DNA from: a bacterium
GTDB taxonomy: Bacteria > JADJOY01
Assembly (NCBI GenBank): GCA_046331705.1
Contig: JAXLQJ010000014.1
Location: forward strand, 62,001 to 126,000
DNA: 64,000 bases
Direction of reading: 5' to 3'
Shown: positions 38,284 to 49,500 of the stretch, piece by piece
Layout: each line of letters opens with the position of its first letter
How positions within the stretch are numbered: the stretch's first letter is position 1
Made by a program: the position numbers and the translations under genes
Notes under the pieces: model-generated
Databases searched by the model: none
What the model saw: the letters and a program-made list of their open reading frames with translations, nothing else
What the model was told of the DNA's origin: nothing

Positions 38284-41200
38284 TTACTTCGGCCCGGCGA
38301 CCACCCAATCCACGCTGACTTCCTTGTTGGGGCTCGGCACCACCGTCGTCACGCGCTGGATGCCGTTCATCAACCAGAGCTCGAGCCGGCCGTCCTTCTT
38401 GTTCTGGAAGAGCAGGTCGACCTTGCCGTCACCGTCGTAATCCGCCGCGGCGACCACGTGATGCTTGTTGGAGGTCGAGTGGCCGGGCACCAAGGTCGCC
38501 GTGCCCACCCGCGTCACGCCGTTCATGAACCACACCGAGAGCTCGCCCTTGAGATCGACCAGGATGTCCGCCTTGCCGTCGCCGTCGAGATCCGGCGCGG
38601 CCACCGCCTGCGCCTTGCTGGAGGCGGACTTGTCGGGGTTCACGCTCGCCTGACTCGTGGCCACGGCGCCGTTCAGGTAGACGACGTTGAGCGCCATCTT
38701 GCCGGAGCCCTGCCGCAGCACGTCGGGCTTGCCGTCACCGTTGAAGTCGCCGACACCGACCACGCGCAGCGCGGGATCGTTGACCCAGCTCGGCGTCACG
38801 TTGGCTTCGCCGATCTTGGCGTTGCCCTTCATGAACCATTGGCGCAGGGCACCGGTCTTGGTGTTCTGCAACAGCACGTCCGCGCGGCCGTCCCGGTTGA
38901 AGTCGGCGGCGCCGACCACGCGCCAGCCGGCGCCCGGCACCTTGTCGGGGCTGAAGGCGTGCTGGCTCAGCCGCTGCGGTCCGTCCATCCACCACATCAA
39001 GAGCTCGCCGGTGGCGAGGTTCTGCCAGGCGATGTCGGCGTTGCCGTCACCGTCGAAGTCGCTGTTGGCGCCGTCCGCCGGCGTGCTCACGTTGCAGGTG
39101 ATGGTGTAGAGCGCCGGGCTGTCGGGCGCGTTGTGCGTCACGGTGAGCAAGGCGCTGTACGAGCCGGCCATCGGCGCGGTGCACTGGAACGTGATCTCCT
39201 TCGGCTGGGCACCATTCTGGATCTGGAAGGAGCTCGGGCTGGTGAGGATGATCTCGGGATCGCCATCGATCTGCACGTCGCTCACCACCAGCGTCTGGTC
39301 GGCGGACTCGGCGACCATCACGTCGCCGGCCGTGGTCACGAACGGACTGGTCGCCAAGGGGATCGTCGAGCCCGGGACGGGGTCGGACTCGTAGGCCGGC
39401 GTGGGAACGGCCGTGACGGTGCACACGATCGGATAACTCGTGGGGCTGCCATCGGCGTTGTGGGTCACGATGAGCGCGGCGGTGTACTCGCCGACCTCGC
39501 TCGCGCTGCACGCGACCGTGATGTCTTGCGCCGCGCCACCATCGGGGATCTGGAACGAGGACGAGGTCACCAGGCTGATCTCCGGCTGACCGAAGACCGC
39601 CACGCTGCTCGCCACCAGCGCCGCCGTGCCGGTCTCGGACACGTGCACGCGGATCGAATCCGAGGCGCCCACCACGGCACCGAGCGTGAGCTGCGAGCCG
39701 GGCGCGGGAATCGAGCCGTAGCCCGGCGCGGGCGCCGCGCCGACGTTGCACACCACGGGGTACGTGGCGGGGCTGCCGTCGGCGTTGTGGGTCACCGTCA
39801 GCGTCGCCGTGAAGGCTCCCACCTGACTCGAGGCGCACTGCACCGTGACGTCCTCGGCGGCGCCGCCGTCGGCGATCTGGAACGAGGACGGCGTGACCAG
39901 CGTGATCTCGGGATCGCCGCTCACGGCCACGTTGCTCACCACCAGCGCCGCGGTGCCGGCCTCGGACACCTCGACGCTGGTGGAGTCGGACCCGCCCGTC
40001 ACCGCGCTCAAGGTGAGCTGCGATCCGGACGCAGGGCTCGAAGCGTAGGCCGGCGCCGGCGCCGCGCTCACGTTGCACACGATCGGGTAGGTCGCCGGGC
40101 TGCCCACGGCGTTGTGGGTCACGGTCAAGGTCGCGGTGTACTGCCCGACCTGCGTCGCGCTGCATTCGACGGTGACGTCTTGGGCCGCGCCGCCGTCGGC
40201 GATCTGGAAGGAGCTGGGCGTCACGAGCGCGATCTCCGGATCACCGGCGACCGCGACGTTGCTCACCACCAGCGCCGCCGTGCCGGTCTCGGAGACGTGC
40301 ACGCTGGCGGAATCGGTCGCCGCGACCACGGCGGCGAGCGTGACCTGCGAACCGGGCGCGGGGGTCGAGTCGTAGCCGGGCGCCGGCGCCGCGCTGACGT
40401 TGCACACGACCGGATAGGTCGCCGGGCCACCGGTGGCGTTGTGGGTCACCGTGAGCGTCGCCGTGTACTGGCCGACCTGGTTCGAGCTGCACGCGACGGT
40501 GACGTCCTGAGCGAGGCCGCCGTCGGCGATCTGGAACGAGCTGGAAGTCGTGAGCGTGATCTCGGGATCACCGCTCACCGCGACGTTGCTCACCACCAGC
40601 GCGGCCGTGCCGGTCTCCGACACCTGCACGCTCGCCGAGTCCGAGGCTCCGGTCACGGCACTCAGCGTGAGCTGCGAACCCGGCGCGGGGCTCGAGCCAT
40701 AGCCTGGGGCGGGCACGGGCGCCACGCCGCAGGTCACCGGATAGGACGCGGGGCTGCCCGGACCGTTGTGGGTCACCGTGAGAGTCGCGGTGAACTGGCC
40801 GACCGACTGCGACGAGCACTCGACCGTGATGGTGTGTGATGGGCCGCCATCGGCGATCTGGAACGAGCTGGCGGTCTGGAGCGCGATCTCGGGATCGCCG
40901 CTCACGGCGACGTTGCTCACCACCAGCGCGGTGTTGCCGGTCTCCGACACCACCACGTCGCTGGAGGTCGGCGTTCCGGCCAACGTGCTCATCGCGAGCG
41001 TGCTGGACGGCGCCGGCGTCGAGTCGTAGCCGGCCACCGGGATCGGGGACACGTCGCAGGTCACCGGATAGCTCTCGGGACTTCCGGTCGCGTCGTGCGT
41101 GACCGTCAACGTCGCGGCGTACTGGCCGGCGTTCGGCGACGAGCAGGCGACGGTGATGGTCTCGGACGCTCCACCGTCGGCGATCTGGAACGAGGTCGCG

Positions 41201-43311
41201 GTGGTGAGCGAGATCTCGGGGTCACCCGCTAGCGCCACGGAGCTCACCGTCAGCGTGGCGTTGCCGGTCTCCGAGACCACGACGTCGGTGCTCGTGGACG
41301 ACTCGGCCTGGACGCTCATCGCGAGCGTGCTGCCGGACACCGGGCTGGACGCGTAGCCGGGGGCCGGCGGCGGCGTCACGTCGCAGGTCACCGCGTAGGT
41401 CGACGGGCTGCTGCCGCCGGTGTGGGCCACGGTCAAGGTCGCGGTGAAGTGACCGGTCGAAACCGAGGTGCAGTCCACCTGGATGGCCACGGGCGCGCCG
41501 CCGTCGGGAACGGTGAACGAGGTCGGCGTGGCCAGCGAGAGCGCGGCATCGCCGCTCAACCCGACGAACGAGACGACGAGGTCGTCGGTGCCCGTCTCGG
41601 AGATCGAGACCGACCCGCTGCCCGAGGAGCCCGCGTACGCCGCGATCGCCACCGTCGAGCCCGGCACCGGGTTGGACGCGAATCCCGCGATGCGATTCGA
41701 CTCGTATGCACCGCTGTCGCAGGTCGTGGCCACGGGAAGCGGACGCGCGACGCCGCGCTCGTCGACCGACGACACCGGCGCGCTGGAGCACACCGTCGCG
41801 TTGCCGGCGCCGATGGCGGCACTGCCGGCGCCGAGCGGCACCACCAGCAGCCCCGTGGGCCCACCGTCGTAGACCGGAGCTTCGAGCTGAGGATCGCCCA
41901 CCGGCATGGCCGCGGGACCGGCGCCGCAGCTCGCCGCCGGGTATTGAAGGTTGCCGTCACCGTTGTTGTTGGTGAGCGCCGTGGGACCGCACCCGAGGGT
42001 GCCGATGCCGTCGGCGACGATCGTGTTGAGCGCGGTGAAGACGCCGTCGTTCCACACGTTGGCGCCGCCGTAGGAGGTCGACACGACGGTGTTTCCCGAC
42101 ACGGTCACGTTGCGGGTCTCGATCTTCGATCCCGAGGGGTTCCAGATGCCGCCGCCGGAGAGGCTGGCGGTGTTGCCGGTGATCGTGGTGTTGGTGAGGT
42201 GCGCCAGGATCGAGCTCGACGCCTTGTTCGTGAAGGCGCCGCCACTACGGGCCGCGCTGTTCCCGAGCAACGTCGAGGCGATGACGTGAAGCTGGCCGAC
42301 GTTGTAGATGCCGCCGCCGTAGCCCTGGCTGATTCCCGGGCCGTTCGCCTGGTTGTCCTCGATGAGCGTGTTGCTCACGACGGTCGCCACCGCGGCCGCC
42401 GCGTTGAAGATCGCGCCGCCCTGGCCGGCGGTCGCGACGTTCGAATCGAACGTCGAGAGCGAGACGGTCAAGCCCCCGCTCTCCGCGAGGGCGTTGTAGA
42501 CGGCGCCGCCACCCTTGGTGCCGCCCGAGTTCGCCGAGGTATTGCCGAGGAAGGTCGACTGATCGATCGAGGCGCTGCCGGTGCCAGATCCGGAGAGGTA
42601 GAGGGCGCCGCCGCCGCCCGAGGCCGAGTTGTCGGTGAAGATGCTGCCGCTCACCACCACGTCGGAGCTGGTGACCGAGACCCACACCGCGCCGCCGTCC
42701 CCAGCGGAGGCGGCGTTGTTCGTGAACGAGACGCCGTGGAGCTTGAGATCGCCGACCGAGCTCGAGATCGCGCCGCCCGTCGACGAGGTCGCGGTGTTGC
42801 CATCGAAGACGCAGTCGTGGAGGTCCAGGTCACCATTCGCGTTGAGGATCGCGCCGCCGCCCGCATCGCGACCGTTCTGGAGCGTGAGGTCGCGCAGCGT
42901 CACGGCTCCACCCGTGACGTGGAGGATGCGCAGGCTTCGCCCCACGCCACCGCCGTCGATGACGACGGGGCCGTCGATCTCCACCGACTCGGCGATGGGG
43001 AGCTCGGCTCCGGTCAGCGTGATCGAGGAGACGCCGGAGAACTGGATGACGTCGACGGTCGGAAGCGCGCTGCCGGCCACGCAATCGCCGTAGGTCGCGG
43101 CGTTGGCCGCAGCGTTCGCGAGAGCCTCGCGCAGCGTGCACCCACCGTCGCTGCCGTTGGCGGTGTCGGACGAGGAGTTGACGACGATCGTCGCCGCGGG
43201 TGCGGGCGCCGCCCACAGCAGTGCCGAGAGCAAGGCCATCGCACTCGCCACCGCACCACGCCGCGCCCACGAGCTACCCGAACAGAGAAATCGCCGTCCT
43301 GAAGCGTTCAT
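38284..43311 (-). CDS. Giant surface protein: CSLREA-like N-terminus, GGAI beta-helix repeats, choice-of-anchor Q, 8 Ig-like (choice-of-anchor D-like) repeats, C-terminal FG-GAP/VCBS propeller
   Basis: Signal peptide, CTLREA, GGAI/GGAV repeats, CDSGAYE, 8 repeats of about 112 aa (GY.S.P.PGS...VSETG...THNA.GSP..Y...C), DFDGDG/DFNGDG repeats. Confidence 0.9.
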   Translation of the reverse strand: MNASGRRFLCSGSSWARRGAVASAMALLSALLWAAPAPAATIVVNSSSDTANGSDGGCTLREALANAAANAATYGDCVAGSALPTVDVIQFSGVSSITLTGAELPIAESVEIDGPVVIDGGGVGRSLRILHVTGGAVTLRDLTLQNGRDAGGGAILNANGDLDLHDCVFDGNTATSSTGGAISSSVGDLKLHGVSFTNNAASAGDGGAVWVSVTSSDVVVSGSIFTDNSASGGGGALYLSGSGTGSASIDQSTFLGNTSANSGGTKGGGAVYNALAESGGLTVSLSTFDSNVATAGQGGAIFNAAAAVATVVSNTLIEDNQANGPGISQGYGGGIYNVGQLHVIASTLLGNSAARSGGAFTNKASSSILAHLTNTTITGNTASLSGGGIWNPSGSKIETRNVTVSGNTVVSTSYGGANVWNDGVFTALNTIVADGIGTLGCGPTALTNNNGDGNLQYPAASCGAGPAAMPVGDPQLEAPVYDGGPTGLLVVPLGAGSAAIGAGNATVCSSAPVSSVDERGVARPLPVATTCDSGAYESNRIAGFASNPVPGSTVAIAAYAGSSGSGSVSISETGTDDLVVSFVGLSGDAALSLATPTSFTVPDGGAPVAIQVDCTSVSTGHFTATLTVAHTGGSSPSTYAVTCDVTPPPAPGYASSPVSGSTLAMSVQAESSTSTDVVVSETGNATLTVSSVALAGDPEISLTTATSFQIADGGASETITVACSSPNAGQYAATLTVTHDATGSPESYPVTCDVSPIPVAGYDSTPAPSSTLAMSTLAGTPTSSDVVVSETGNTALVVSNVAVSGDPEIALQTASSFQIADGGPSHTITVECSSQSVGQFTATLTVTHNGPGSPASYPVTCGVAPVPAPGYGSSPAPGSQLTLSAVTGASDSASVQVSETGTAALVVSNVAVSGDPEITLTTSSSFQIADGGLAQDVTVACSSNQVGQYTATLTVTHNATGGPATYPVVCNVSAAPAPGYDSTPAPGSQVTLAAVVAATDSASVHVSETGTAALVVSNVAVAGDPEIALVTPSSFQIADGGAAQDVTVECSATQVGQYTATLTVTHNAVGSPATYPIVCNVSAAPAPAYASSPASGSQLTLSAVTGGSDSTSVEVSEAGTAALVVSNVAVSGDPEITLVTPSSFQIADGGAAEDVTVQCASSQVGAFTATLTVTHNADGSPATYPVVCNVGAAPAPGYGSIPAPGSQLTLGAVVGASDSIRVHVSETGTAALVASSVAVFGQPEISLVTSSSFQIPDGGAAQDITVACSASEVGEYTAALIVTHNADGSPTSYPIVCTVTAVPTPAYESDPVPGSTIPLATSPFVTTAGDVMVAESADQTLVVSDVQIDGDPEIILTSPSSFQIQNGAQPKEITFQCTAPMAGSYSALLTVTHNAPDSPALYTITCNVSTPADGANSDFDGDGNADIAWQNLATGELLMWWMDGPQRLSQHAFSPDKVPGAGWRVVGAADFNRDGRADVLLQNTKTGALRQWFMKGNAKIGEANVTPSWVNDPALRVVGVGDFNGDGKPDVLRQGSGKMALNVVYLNGAVATSQASVNPDKSASSKAQAVAAPDLDGDGKADILVDLKGELSVWFMNGVTRVGTATLVPGHSTSNKHHVVAAADYDGDGKVDLLFQNKKDGRLELWLMNGIQRVTTVVPSPNKEVSVDWVVAGPK

Positions 43312-43533
43312 GCGCCCCCCCAACACGGTGGCCGCCCGCCAGCGGCCACTTGCCGATGTTCGACCACCCGATCCTGGGTCGATGTCCCGATGCGCCGGCG
43401 CGGGAGTCGCGCCCGAGCATCCAATGAATCGGCAAAACGCCCGGAGAGCTTGAAGGGACGCGAAAGCGAAATCGTTCGCTTCCGATGGGTTACGCGCGAC
43501 AGCTCGAGCCCGTTACCCGGAGACGACCGCGCC

Positions 43534-43571
43534 AAAAAAAAACCGGGCCCCGCGCAATGGCGCGAGGCCCG
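43534..43571 (-). terminator. Rho-independent terminator
   Basis: 12-bp stem CGGGCCTCGCGC/GCGCGGGGCCCG followed by a 9-T tract on the minus strand. Confidence 0.85.
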
Positions 43572-43597
43572 TAGGTGAAGCGCGAGACCGAGGCGTG

Positions 43598-46500
43598 TTA
43601 CCGCGGCGCGACCACCACCCAATCCGTGCTGACTTCCTTGCTCGGGCTCGGCACCACGCTCGAGATCCGGTTGATCCCGTTCATGAACCAGAGCTCGAGC
43701 TTGCCGTCCTTCTTGCTCTGGAAGAGCAGGTCCGCCTTGCCGTCGCCGTTGTAGTCGGCGGTCCCCACCACTCGATACTTGGTAGTCGTCGGGTTCGCCG
43801 GCACGAGGTTGGCCGTGCCGATCCGCTTGATCCCATCCATGAACCACACCGAGAGCTGACCCTCGAGGGTGAAGAGGATGTCGGGCTTGCCGTCACCGTT
43901 GAGGTCCGGGCAGCCCACGCTCTGGGTCTTGGTGGCCTTCGCCTTCTCCGGATTGAGGTAGGCCTGCTTGGTGGCCACCGCACCGTTCAGGAACACCACG
44001 TTCAGCGGCATCTGGCCGGGCTGCTGGCGCAGCACGTCGGGCTTGCCGTCGCCGTTGAAGTCACCCACGCCGACGACCTCGAGTCCGGCGTCGGCCACCG
44101 AGGCCGGCGTCACGTTGGCCTCGCCGGTCTTGAGATAGCCCTTCATGTACCAGATCCGGAGCGCGCCGGTGGTGCCGTTCCGCAGCAACAGATCCGCGCG
44201 CCCGTCCTGATTGAAATCGGCGGAGCCCGCGACCTTCCAGCCCACCGGCACCTGGCCCGGGTTCAGCGAGTGCTGGCTCAGCCGCTGCGAGCCGTTCATG
44301 AACCACACGAGCACGTCGCCCGTGGCGACGTTCTGCCACATCATGTCGGCGTTGCCGTCCGCGTCGAAGTCGCCGCCCACGGCTTGCTGAACCGAGCTCA
44401 CGTTGCAGCTGATCGTGTAGCTGGCGGGGCTGCCGGCGGCGTTGTGCGTCACGGTGAGCGTGGCGCTGAACGAGCCCTCCACCGCCGAGGTGCACTGGAA
44501 GGTGATGTCCTGCGGCGCGGTGCCGTCGGGGATCGTGAACGACGCCGCGCTGGTGAGGATGATCTCCGGATCGCCGCTCATCGCGACGTTGCTCACCGTG
44601 AGATTGGCGCTGCCGGCCTCCGACACGGTCACCTGGCCGCCGGCGGTGACCAGCGGGCTGGTGATGAGCGGGATCGTCGAGCCGGGATTTGGGCTGGACG
44701 CGTAGCCGGGGGTGGGGACCGCCGTCACGTTGCACTGGATCGGATACGTGGCTGGGCTGCCGTTCGCGTTGTGCGTGACCGTGAGCGTGCCGTTGAACTG
44801 GCCGGTCTGACTCGACAGGCACTGCACCGTCACCGACTGCGATGGGCCGCCGTTCACGATCTGGAACGATGCTGCGCTGGTGCGCGAAAGCGCCGCCGAA
44901 CCGCTCACCGCCACGCTCGAGACCGAGAGCGTTGCGCTGCCGGTCTCGGAAACGGTGACGGTCGCGCTGCCCGCGACGTTCGGCGTGGTGCCGATGGTGA
45001 GGGTGGTACCCGCGCCCGGGCTCGAGCCGTAGCCAGGCGTGGGCTGTGCGGCGACGTCGCACTGGATGGGATAGGTCGCGGGGCTGCCGGTGGCGTTGTG
45101 CGTCACCGTCAAGGTGCCGGTGAACTGACCGGCCTGGGCCGACGAGCACTGGACGGTGATGTTCTGCGACGGGCCGCCGTCCACGATCTGGAACGACGAC
45201 GACGAGGTCAAGGTCAACGGCGCGTCGCCCGTGACCGCCACGTTGCTCACCGAGAGCGTCGCCGTGCCGGTCTCGGACACCACGACGTTGGTCGCGGTGG
45301 CCACCCCGGCCGAGGTGCTCAGCGTGAGCGTGGCGCCGGGATTCGGGTTCGAGCCGTAGCCGGGCGCGGGTGCGGCGCTCACGTCGCAGGTGATCGGGTA
45401 GCTGGCTGGACTACCGGCGGCGTTGTGAGTGACGGTGAGGGTCGCGGTGTACTGGCCGATCTGGCTGGCCGAGCACTGCACCGTGATGTCCTGCGAGTTT
45501 CCGCCGTCGGAGATCTGGAACGAGCTGGCGGTGGTCAGCGTGATCTCCGGGTCGCCAGTCACCGCGACGTTGGTGACGTTCAGCGTGGCGCTACCGGTCT
45601 CGGACACCGTGACGCTGGTGGAGGTCGGGGTGTTCGCGGTGGTCGCGAGCGGCAGCGTCGTGCCCGGCGCGGGGCTCGAGCCATAGCCGGGCGTGGGCAC
45701 CGCGCTGACGTTGCACTGGATCGGGTAGGTCGCCGGGCTGCCGCTCGCGTTGTGCGTCACCGTGAGGGTGCCGGTGTACTGGCCGACTTGCGCCGACGAG
45801 CACTGCACCGTGATGGTCTGATCGAGGCCGCCATCGGCGATCTGGAACGAGCTCGCCGTCGTGAGCGTGAGCGGGGCGTCGCCGGTGACGGCGACGCTGC
45901 TCACGTCGAGGGGCGCGTCGCCGGTCTCGGAAACCACCACGTTGGTGGTGGTGGGCGTGCCGGCGGTGGTGCCGAGGGTGAGCGTCGAGCCGGGTGTGGG
46001 GTTCGAGCCGTAGCCGGGCGCAGGGGCCGAGACGTCGCAGGTGATCGGATACGTGGCCGGGCTGCCCGCGGCGTTGTGCGTGACCGTGAGCGTGCCGGTG
46101 TACTGGCCGGCCTGATTCGACGAGCACTGCACGGTGACGGTCTGGTCGAGGCCGCCGTCGGCGATCTGGAACGAGCTCGCCGTGGTGAGCGAAAGCTCGG
46201 GATCACCGGTGACCGCGACGTTGGTGACGTCGAGCGGCGCGTTGCCGGTCTCCGACACGATCACGTCCGTGGTCGCTGGCGTGCCGGTGCTGGCGGTGAT
46301 GGGGAGCGACGAGCCGGGCACCGGGTTCGAGCCGTAGCCGGGCGTGGGGCCCTGCGTGACGTTGCAGTCGATGGTGTAAGTGGCCGGGCTCCCCGGTGCG
46401 TCATGGGTGATCGTGAGCGTCGAGGAATACGGACCGGCGATCGCCGAGGAGCACTGCACGTCGACGTTGGTCGGAGCGGCGTTCGCGGTCTGCGTGAACG

Positions 46501-49500
46501 AGCTGGAGCTCGTGAGCGTGATCTCGGGATCGCCCGACAACGACACGTTCGTCACGTGCAGGTCGGAGCTTCCAGGGTTCGAGACCTGGATCGTGCCGGT
46601 CTTGGCGTTCCCGGTCGAGGTCGAGAGCGCCAACCCGCCACCGGCGCCCGGGCTCGACGAGTACACCGGCGACGGCGTCGCCGTGACGTTGCACACGACG
46701 TTGTACTGGGCGGGGCTGCCCGAGCCGTCGTGGGTGAGCGTCAGCGTGGCGTGATAGGTGCCGATGAACGCCGAGGAGCAGTCGAGCGTCTGTTGTACCG
46801 GCAGCCCGCCGTCCGCGATCTGGAACGGCGACCCGCTTCCCGAATGGAAGCTGATCTCCGAATCGCCCGAGAGCGCGACGTTGCTCACGTTGAGCGCGGC
46901 GCTTCCGGTCTCGGACACGGTGAGGCTCGCCGTGCCCGTGCTGCCCAACGTCGTACCGAACTGGATGGTCGAGCCGGACGCCGGGCTCGAACCGTAGCCG
47001 GGAATCGCGTTGCCGGTGACGTGGCAGTTGACCGTGTAGGTCGCCGGGCTTCCCGGCGCATTGTGGGTCGCCGTCACGGTGGTGGAGTAATCGCCGGACG
47101 AGCCGGACAGGCATTGCACCGTGACGAGCTTGGGCGGGCGCTTGCTGGCGAGGGTGAACGAGCTCGGCGAGACCAACGTCAGGTTCGAGTCGCCCGAGAG
47201 CTGGATGTTCGACACGTCGAGGTCGTCGTTGCCGAGGTTCTCGACGTAGATGTCGGTGGTCGCGGCGTTGTTGGGCGCGGTGACGATGTCGATGGTCGAG
47301 CCCGGCAGCGGCAGCGACTCGTAGATCGGCGTGTTCGGCCCCTCGATGATGCAGGTGATCGGGTAGAGCGCCGGGCTGCCGTTGGCGTTGTGGGTCACCG
47401 AGAGCAGTGCCGCGTCCTGGGTGTCGCTGGTGCCCGAGCACTTGATACCGACCGTCACGGAGGCGCCACCGTCGGGAATCGCGAACGGACCGTCACCCGA
47501 CGTGAGCTCGATCGAGGTGATGACCGGCGCGGCGATCAACGAGACGGTGCCAGAGAGCGTGGCGTCACCGGTCTCCGAGATGACGACGTTCTGGGTGGCG
47601 TCGACGCCGAACGTGGTGGCCAGGATGATCGTGGTGCCGGCGCTCGGGGTCGAGCCGTAGCCGGGCTGGCTGTTGTCCTGCACGTCGCACTGGATCGTGT
47701 AGCTCGACGGGCTCTGGCCGCCGTTGTGGGTCACCTGCAACGTGGCGTTGTAGGTGTTCGCCTGGTTCGAGGCACAGTCGAAGGTGATGTCGACGTCCTG
47801 ACCGCCGTCGGCGATGTCGAACGATTGCGACGAGGTGAGCGTGATCTCGGAATCGCCGGTGATCTGGACGTCCGTCACGTGCAGGTCGTCGGTGCCGGTC
47901 TCGGACACCGTGACCTTGCCGTGACCGGTGGTCGAGGTATCCGTCTGGATCTGGATCGTCTGGCCAGGCGCCGGGTTCGAGTCGTAGCCCGCAGCACGGT
48001 TCGACTCGTAGGCGCCGCTGTCGCAGTTGGTGCCGCCCGGCTGCGGGCGCGACGCGTTGGTCTGGTCGAGGTTCGAGACCGGAGGGTCCGAGCACACCGT
48101 GGCGTTGCCGTAGCTGGTCGCGGCGCTGCCGGCGCCGATCGGGAACACCTTCGAGCCCGCCGGGCCACCGGCCGGGATCGACGCGCCGAGCTTCGGGTCA
48201 CCCGACGCGATCGGGTTGGGGAGCGCGTCGCAGCTCGTGCCCGGCCACTGGACGTTGCCGTCGCCGTCGGAGTTGGTGAGCTTGCTCGGACCGGCGCAGT
48301 TCGACGAGCCGAGCGTGTTCGCGAAGATGCTGTTGAGCGCGACCAGCTCGCCCTTGTTGTAGAGGTTCGCTCCCGAGCCGAGCAGCGCGATGTTGTCGGC
48401 CACCGTCGTGTTACGGGTGACGAGGGTCGAGCTGGAATCGTTCCAGATGCCGCCGCCTTCCGAGCTCGAGGTCGACACGATGTTGCCGGTGATGGTGCTG
48501 TTGGCGACCGTCGAGTTGTTGCCGCTCGACGACTTGTTGCCGAGGCCGCCGCCGTGGAGCACCGCCGTGTTGCCGTCCAGCGTCACCCGGTTGAGCACCA
48601 ACCCACCCTGGTTCCACACCGCGCCGCCGAAGCCCTGGTCGGTGATGTTCACCGGGTCGTTGTTGGTGGCGAAGTTGAGGGTGAAGACGCTGTCTTGGAT
48701 CTCGATGTTCTGGGCGGCGATCGAGTTGTAGATGGCGCCGCCCTTGCCCTGCGTCGCCTTGTTGCCGTCGAACTTGCAGTTCTTGAAGATCGTCGTCTCG
48801 TCGTAGTCCACGGCGTTGTAGAGCGCGCCGCCGCCGCCCAGGCTCGGGTTGCCGCCTTGGCCGGTGCCGTTCAGCGACTCGTTGTCGTTGAACTGGACGT
48901 TGTCGAGAAGCCAGAAGTAGCCAGTGGTGCCGCCGCCGGTGAAGTAGGCCGCTCCGCCGCTCAGCGCCGCCTTGTTGTTGGAGAAGGTGACGTTCTTGAG
49001 GGTGACCTGGGTGCTCGACCCGCTCAGGTAGAGCGCACCGCCGTCGGTCGCCTGCGCCTCGTTCTGGTCGAACGTGACGCCATCCATGAAGAACGCGTCG
49101 CCGCCCGCGCTGTTGATGGCGCCGCCGCCCGAGGAGATGGCCTTGTTGTCCTGGAACAGCACGCCCTGGAAGATCAGGCTCGTGCCGGTGTTGAGGATCG
49201 CGCCGCCGCCGCCGTCCCAGGCGTTCTGGAACGTCAGCCCGACGATCTTCACGGTGTGGTCCGAATCGCCGATGGTGCGGAAGATGCGCTTGCTGCGCGC
49301 CTGACCGCCTCCGTCGATGGTGACGTTGCCGTTGATCTCGATCGGGCCGCTCGACAGGTTCGACGCGACGAAGATCTCGTCGGCGTCCTGGGCGAGGGTC
49401 ACGTTGTTGACCGAGAAGTTGATGACGTCGACCGTCGGATCGGGATCACCGGCCGGGCAGTCGGCGTAGGTCGTGGGCGTGTTGTTGGCGTTCTGCGAAG

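Noticed and set aside
35258-38308. 1016-aa minus-strand ORF
   Set aside because: Antisense shadow of the regulator and fused E1
43425-43490. GGCAAAAC...GGGACGCGAAAGC resembling a c-di-GMP-I riboswitch
   Set aside because: On the strand opposite the downstream gene, and lacks a clean P2 GAAA tetraloop and receptor; would need an Infernal hit
39060-48000. Periodic ~336-bp DNA repeats as a possible CRISPR or ncRNA array
   Set aside because: They are in-frame coding repeats of Ig-like domains with synonymous divergence
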